DNA of 64,000 nt from an uncultured Gammaproteobacteria bacterium (lineage in GTDB: Bacteria > Patescibacteriota > Patescibacteriia > Patescibacteriales > GWC2-42-12), in NCBI GenBank assembly GCA_964467155.1, contig CAYXNZ010000005.1:2059-66058 (forward strand). Direction: 5' to 3'. The translations under genes and the position numbers were made by a program. A model generated the notes under the pieces. It was not told the origin of the DNA and did no database searches. It saw nothing but the letters and a program-made list of their open reading frames with translations. The first letter of the stretch is position 1; the number at the start of each line of letters is the position of its first letter. Shown piece after piece: positions 59,338 through 64,000 of this stretch.

Positions 59338-60007
59338 AAAAATCTATATCTATAAATAAAAACTTGCCTATAAAATATAACAAATATAAAAACAATGAAA
59401 AAACTAACCAATTAATAAATAAAGTAAAATCTGTAATATAAAATAAAATGCTTCTTAAAACTTCTACTGGATAGATAAAAATATCCCAACTATTCCAACG
59501 ATTAAATAAACCTAGTAAAACTCCCAACGATATGATTGGAATAATTAAAAAAAGACAATATTCAGCCATTTTATTCCCAATCATTTTTTTAATTAATTTT
59601 AAAAATTCTGCCAGAATATAATAATATACCAACCAGCCTATCAATGAATAAAGGAAGAATAAAGTAATCATCCAGGCATTATTTAAACAAATCTGATTAA
59701 TTGAGTCAATTGGACAATAATTCAACAAATGCCTTATGTCTGCAATAACATATGGTGCATTGGGTAGAAATAAAAAAGTACTAACGCCGACAACGATAGC
59801 CTTAAATTTTTGACTATTTTTTTTAAATCCAGTATTTTCATATTGCTCACGCAACCACAATAATAATATTAAGGGAATGAAAGCTAAAAATAAATTCCAA
59901 AATATCGTTAATACATGAAAATTATTAATAATAAAACCATTTAAAAAAAGGCTATTTTGATAAATTGCCTCTAATCCATAAGAAGATTGCCCAAATATGT
60001 TAAGCAT
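59315..60007 (-). CDS. DUF1361-family integral membrane protein
   Basis: WNLFLAFIPL and LPNAPYVIADIRHL motifs are characteristic of DUF1361. It overlaps the GT2 gene by 23 nt. Confidence 0.7.
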   Translation of the reverse strand: MLNIFGQSSYGLEAIYQNSLFLNGFIINNFHVLTIFWNLFLAFIPLILLLWLREQYENTGFKKNSQKFKAIVVGVSTFLFLPNAPYVIADIRHLLNYCPIDSINQICLNNAWMITLFFLYSLIGWLVYYYILAEFLKLIKKMIGNKMAEYCLFLIIPIISLGVLLGLFNRWNSWDIFIYPVEVLRSILFYITDFTLFINWLVFSLFLYLLYFIGKFLFIDIDFYGLFKNR

Positions 60008-60025
60008 GACAAAAAAATAATAAAT

Positions 60026-61816
60026 TTATAATTTTATACTCCGCCCTTCTTCTAATTCTTCCTCATTGTTTTCTGAATGAAAATTATTTGTCTGTTTATG
60101 AATTTCATTCGACGAATCTTGAATTTTTTTACCATTGAAATTGACTGGTCCTTGACTAACTGCCTGCTGTAATGACACTGCACTTGCTGATTCAATGTTA
60201 TTTATTTGATTTCCATCCAATTTATTTAATTCTTCTTTTTTTATTTTTTTCCTTAATTCTATCTCTTCTCTTTTTTCTGCCCTAATTAAAGCTAAGCATT
60301 CTTTACAATAAATCGGACGAATTTCGTCTGGCTTAAAAGATATTTTAGTTAGTTTACTACAACGAGCGCAAACAGCTTCAAATTTATATATACTATCAAT
60401 GTTTGTTTCTGCTGGTTTTGTTTCTGCTGGTTTTGTTTCTACCAGATTACTTTGTTTAATTTGTTGCTTAATATTCTGGACAGGCTTTTTGTCAAAAAAA
60501 GTTTTTTTTCTGGGCTCTGATTTTATTTCATCTTCATTATTTTCGTGCCATTTAGAAATTTTTTCTTCAACTTTTAATTTTTCACCAGAATATCTCTCCC
60601 TAGAAACTCTAACTACTTTATCGATACAGCCAGTCTTTTCTCCTTCGGTTAATGGTGCTAAACCAGTGGCCGAGAAAGGATCTGAGGCTACCCCGTCAAT
60701 CATCAATTTTATATAAAAATTATATTTTGGTAAATTTACAATATCTTCTTCTATGAAAGTTGGGGAAAACTCTTTAACTAACTCTTCAGCATCAATAGCA
60801 CCAACTCTAAAAACAACCAAAGTGCCTACGTTGCCAAACACAGCTGCTTTAACTACGTCACCCAACTGCTCAATATATTGATGAGCCATAATTAAATTTA
60901 AACGATATTTTCTGGCTTCAGATAAAATATTAGCAAAACTCTCTGTAGTAAAATTCTGAAATTCATCAATATATAAATAAAAATCACGACGTTCATTTTC
61001 TGGAATATCTACTCGACTCATAACCGCCAATTGTATTTTGGTAATCATCATCGCCCCCAACAAAGCTGAATTGTCTTCACCGATTCTGCCTTTACTTAAA
61101 TTTAAAATCAGAATCTTTCCGTTATCCATTACTTCTCTCAAATTAATTGAAGATTTTATCTGACCAACAATATTTCTAATTAAAGAACTGGACAAAAATT
61201 GCCCAACTTTATTTTGGATTGGTGACACAGCTTCAGATGCAAACTTGTCAGCATAGCCAGAAAATTCATTTACCCAAAAAGCTTTGACAACTGGGTCCTG
61301 AATTTTTTCAATAACCCTCTTTCTAAAAGATTTGTCGGATAACATTCGAATCACACCCAATAAAGTCGATCCTGGATAATCTAAAATCGCTAAAATTGTA
61401 TTTCTTAAAATATATTCTAATCTCGGTCCCCATGAATCAGCCCACAATTTTTGAAATACGCCGATTAAACCAGAAGCAACTAGATGCCGAAGATGTGGCT
61501 CGACTTGTTCAACCACATTAAAAGCAATTGGATATTCCGTATCTGCCGGATTAAAGTAGATAACATCATTAATTCTATCCGTTGGAATATAATTAATTAT
61601 TTTTTCTGCCAAATCACCATGTGGATCAACTACAGCCACTCCATGTCCAGCTCTAATATCTTCCACTATCATATTTTCTAAAATAGTGGATTTCCCCATG
61701 CCCGTTTTACCAATCAAATACATATGACGTCGACGGTCATCTTCTTTGATACCGAAACGTTTAAAACTATTTCTAAAATTTGTTTCGGCAAATGCAACTA
61801 TTTCTTGATTAGACAT
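60026..61816 (-). CDS. T4CP(VirD4/TraD)/HerA-like P-loop ATPase with C-terminal zinc ribbon
   Basis: Walker A GKTGMGKST, then VVDPHGD, and Walker B-like YLYIDEFQNF. The C-terminal tail has a tandem ETKPA repeat and CARC-x17-CKEC. Confidence 0.7.
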   Translation of the reverse strand: MSNQEIVAFAETNFRNSFKRFGIKEDDRRRHMYLIGKTGMGKSTILENMIVEDIRAGHGVAVVDPHGDLAEKIINYIPTDRINDVIYFNPADTEYPIAFNVVEQVEPHLRHLVASGLIGVFQKLWADSWGPRLEYILRNTILAILDYPGSTLLGVIRMLSDKSFRKRVIEKIQDPVVKAFWVNEFSGYADKFASEAVSPIQNKVGQFLSSSLIRNIVGQIKSSINLREVMDNGKILILNLSKGRIGEDNSALLGAMMITKIQLAVMSRVDIPENERRDFYLYIDEFQNFTTESFANILSEARKYRLNLIMAHQYIEQLGDVVKAAVFGNVGTLVVFRVGAIDAEELVKEFSPTFIEEDIVNLPKYNFYIKLMIDGVASDPFSATGLAPLTEGEKTGCIDKVVRVSRERYSGEKLKVEEKISKWHENNEDEIKSEPRKKTFFDKKPVQNIKQQIKQSNLVETKPAETKPAETNIDSIYKFEAVCARCSKLTKISFKPDEIRPIYCKECLALIRAEKREEIELRKKIKKEELNKLDGNQINNIESASAVSLQQAVSQGPVNFNGKKIQDSSNEIHKQTNNFHSENNEEELEEGRSIKL

Positions 61817-61818
61817 AA

Positions 61819-63261
61819 TTAAACAAAAGGTAAATTATTTGGTGGAGCATTTTTTACCACCAGTTGATCTTTTTCTTTTTTATCTAAATTACTATTGCTA
61901 TCAATCTCATCAGTAAAGAAAGATGAATCACCTCCTAAAACTTTTTTCTTACTTAAAGGTAAACTAGCTGGCGGTTCAACTTTTTTAGCTGGAGTTTTTT
62001 GTACTAAAGGCCCTTTAACAACTGATTCAACTGGAAAGTGCCATAAACTAGCCATTTCTTCTGTGTTTAATATCATTCGCGATCGACCGGCAGTATCATC
62101 CCTATCTTTGTATGTCCTAATAACTTTATTTTTTTTGAGCGTTAGACGTTTTTCAGCAAAAATAGGATAATTAACTTTTGTAATTGTTCCTTTATCACCA
62201 ATATCAGGCTTAAAAGAGTTTAAATGAGTAAAAGTAAATTGTTTCATAAAACCAACTATACCACTACCAGCCTTGGGTTTATTCATCACATCTTTTTTAG
62301 CTAAATAAGCAACTCTAACTTTTATTTCGTAACCTAACTTGCCAGTTTTTTCTTCTACGGCTTCAACCTGTTTTTTTTGAATCGGTGTTAAATTCATCAT
62401 TCTGAATACGTCTTCTTTTTCTTCTTTTTTTTCTTCATCAGCAATAACAAAAAGCTTGTCCCAGCGATTTAAAAAATCTAACATCCCATCAATCGCGTCA
62501 CCAAAGATAGATGATGATTTTTCTTTTATTCCAACAATTTTATTTATTTCTTTCTCGGCTTGTTTAACCCAGTCAAAACCAGTCGGAATAACTATAATTT
62601 GATACCAAAATTGCTCACCCTTTTTCATACTACTACACAAATCCATTAAAGCCGCCATTGTATCTTTATACTGCGTATCTGGTGAAGATGTTGCATCTTC
62701 AAAATCCTTAAAAGTTTTTATCGGATAAACAAAGGGCTTTACCTGAATAAATTCTCCACCCCATATATCATATTCATCATCAGGAAATCTGTCAGGTGTA
62801 CCAACAGTATAATCATTTACTTCTGTTATTTCGGCATCTGGATATTGCGAATATATAGATGATTCAAGTACGTCGCGATATTTCTCGAAAGTACGTACTA
62901 AAAATTGAGTATAACCCTCTATACTGACTATTTCAAAACTAAAATGAAGTTGAAATTCACCAACCCACCATTTCTCATGTAAATTAAAAGTGCTATGCGC
63001 GCCAGCTAAATAAGCAAATACATTTTCGACTGCTTTCGGCGTTTGTTGATTGCCTTTTGGTATGTCAATTGCCAAAAAAACATATTTTTGTTTGGCAATC
63101 CATAAGCCTCGTCGATATTTTAACCAAACTTGAGCTGAACCCCAGATAAAAGTCAATGCAATTGGCATCCAGCCAAACATCCAAAACAGCCTTTGCATCA
63201 TTTGGTCCAAAGGTAGATTCAAAAAATTTAATATTGGCTCTAGATTAATTACAAACTCCAT
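61819..63261 (-). CDS. Membrane-anchored partner protein of the ATPase (hypothetical)
   Basis: 480 aa with an N-terminal TM (LFWMFGWMPIALTFIWGSAQVW). Its stop lies 2 nt before the ATPase start. No recognisable catalytic motif. Confidence 0.6.
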   Translation of the reverse strand: MEFVINLEPILNFLNLPLDQMMQRLFWMFGWMPIALTFIWGSAQVWLKYRRGLWIAKQKYVFLAIDIPKGNQQTPKAVENVFAYLAGAHSTFNLHEKWWVGEFQLHFSFEIVSIEGYTQFLVRTFEKYRDVLESSIYSQYPDAEITEVNDYTVGTPDRFPDDEYDIWGGEFIQVKPFVYPIKTFKDFEDATSSPDTQYKDTMAALMDLCSSMKKGEQFWYQIIVIPTGFDWVKQAEKEINKIVGIKEKSSSIFGDAIDGMLDFLNRWDKLFVIADEEKKEEKEDVFRMMNLTPIQKKQVEAVEEKTGKLGYEIKVRVAYLAKKDVMNKPKAGSGIVGFMKQFTFTHLNSFKPDIGDKGTITKVNYPIFAEKRLTLKKNKVIRTYKDRDDTAGRSRMILNTEEMASLWHFPVESVVKGPLVQKTPAKKVEPPASLPLSKKKVLGGDSSFFTDEIDSNSNLDKKEKDQLVVKNAPPNNLPFV

Positions 63262-63440
63262 TAAAAACGCTTAAGTTAATATTTTCCATTAACCAACTTT
63301 AAACATATTTTACCATATTTTTGTCTTTTTTGCCAAACAAAAAACAGATTCAAAAATAACTATTCATCTAATTATCTTAGAATCTGCTTCTAATTTTGTC
63401 ATATTATTAATTTTTATTTTTATTTTTGCTAACTAATAGT

Positions 63441-64000
63441 TTAAGCTGTTTTCAAGCTATATTTTCCGTCTTCAGCTTTTTCAAATTTTTGTTTATTCAT
63501 TAAGGCTAAATTAATAGTTGCCTTTTTTACCATCCTTTGTTCGAAAACCTTTTCGATTATTTCGTCTCGATTTAAAGTCTTGTCAGATTTCTTTAAAATA
63601 TCTTCAATAATATCTGCCACTGTACCTTGTTGATACCCCCAATCTTTTAAACCGTAAAGACCGCGACCAATTAATACATACTTTTTATCCAGAATAAGTT
63701 CATTGTGGACAGTAGCTGCATTAGCTTTTTTATTATCAAAACTAATTTTATTAATTTCATCAGCGATTTCTACAAAATGCATTGGCTTACCACGATGCTT
63801 CAAAACTAAATAAATCTTATCATTAATTGTTTTTGGCTTAATGTCTCTCCAGTCATCCATGCCCCAATAACCAAATTTATTTTGTTCTAATTTCTTTAAT
63901 GCTTGCATTATTGAATAAATAATTTTATTTCTATTCACAATATCTGTATTTTCATCAAAATAATCACCACCCAAAACATTAGAAATATCTAAATTACTAG
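63441..64000 (-). CDS. HARE-HTH domain protein (RNA polymerase delta-subunit-like winged helix), N-terminus may lie outside the window
   Basis: The frame stays open to base 64000 upstream of the TTG at 63974. ..KIYLVLKHRGKPMHFVEIADEI......TVHNELILDKKYVLIGRGLYGLKDW matches the HARE-HTH pattern. Confidence 0.6.
   Translation of the reverse strand, partial: SNLDISNVLGGDYFDENTDIVNRNKIIYSIMQALKKLEQNKFGYWGMDDWRDIKPKTINDKIYLVLKHRGKPMHFVEIADEINKISFDNKKANAATVHNELILDKKYVLIGRGLYGLKDWGYQQGTVADIIEDILKKSDKTLNRDEIIEKVFEQRMVKKATINLALMNKQKFEKAEDGKYSLKTA

Noticed and set aside
53108-63261. An integrative conjugative element or prophage suggested by the VirD4/HerA-like ATPase.
   Set aside because: No integrase, relaxase, VirB4, capsid or terminase gene is present. 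The flanking genes are housekeeping-type and co-oriented in one operon-like block. No att-like repeats bracket the region.

Overview
This is a 64-kb window from a very AT-rich, gene-dense bacterial genome that uses the standard genetic code (a TGA stop sits in an ATGA overlap at 8720-8723). The gene content includes PduL, FtsEX, an ECF sigma factor with a MacAB-type pump, a P-type ATPase, giant secreted or surface proteins and almost no biosynthesis. That mix is consistent with a Patescibacteria/CPR-like organism, but this is inference only. I support about 50 protein-coding genes, 3 intact tRNAs (Gln-UUG, Gly-CCC, Thr-CGU), several rho-independent terminators and a few promoters.

The main gene blocks are:
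- two paralogous adhesin-like giant proteins plus a Ca-binding repeat protein (0.3-7.3 kb)
- housekeeping genes on the minus strand (7.3-12.9 kb)
- a tRNA-Gln followed by three cassette-like segments bounded by an 18-22-bp direct repeat, one of which carries a visibly GC-richer cupin + GH130::GT4 mannoside module (13-19.7 kb)
- an ECF sigma / MacAB-like efflux cluster (22.8-29.7 kb)
- a DUF5320-DUF134-CDF::NifX-like-NifX-like-MinD/4Fe-4S-UDG4-ZIP-MinD/4Fe-4S operon (29.8-36.6 kb)
- a 2555-aa repeat-rich surface protein with a secreted partner (38.8-48.3 kb)
- a long minus-strand block (49.1-63.3 kb) with ftsEX, an RlpA::S11 carboxypeptidase, a parvulin-like protein, FtsB-like, a P-type ATPase, a GT2 synthase, DUF1361, and a T4CP/HerA-like ATPase with a membrane partner

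The most unusual signal is non-coding. A family of small GC-rich hairpin modules sits in this AT-rich DNA, and it is repeatedly associated with 'replaced and displaced' gene parts:
- An intact tRNA-Gly is nested inside a broken tRNA-Gly.
- tRNA-Thr is followed by 127-bp tandem copies of its 3' part, each split by the same hairpins inside the anticodon and the T-loop.
- A pseudo 5' half lies upstream of tRNA-Gln.
- The last 13 codons of a protein gene are stacked three times, with only synonymous differences between copies.

No transposase, integrase, cas or RT gene is visible in the window.
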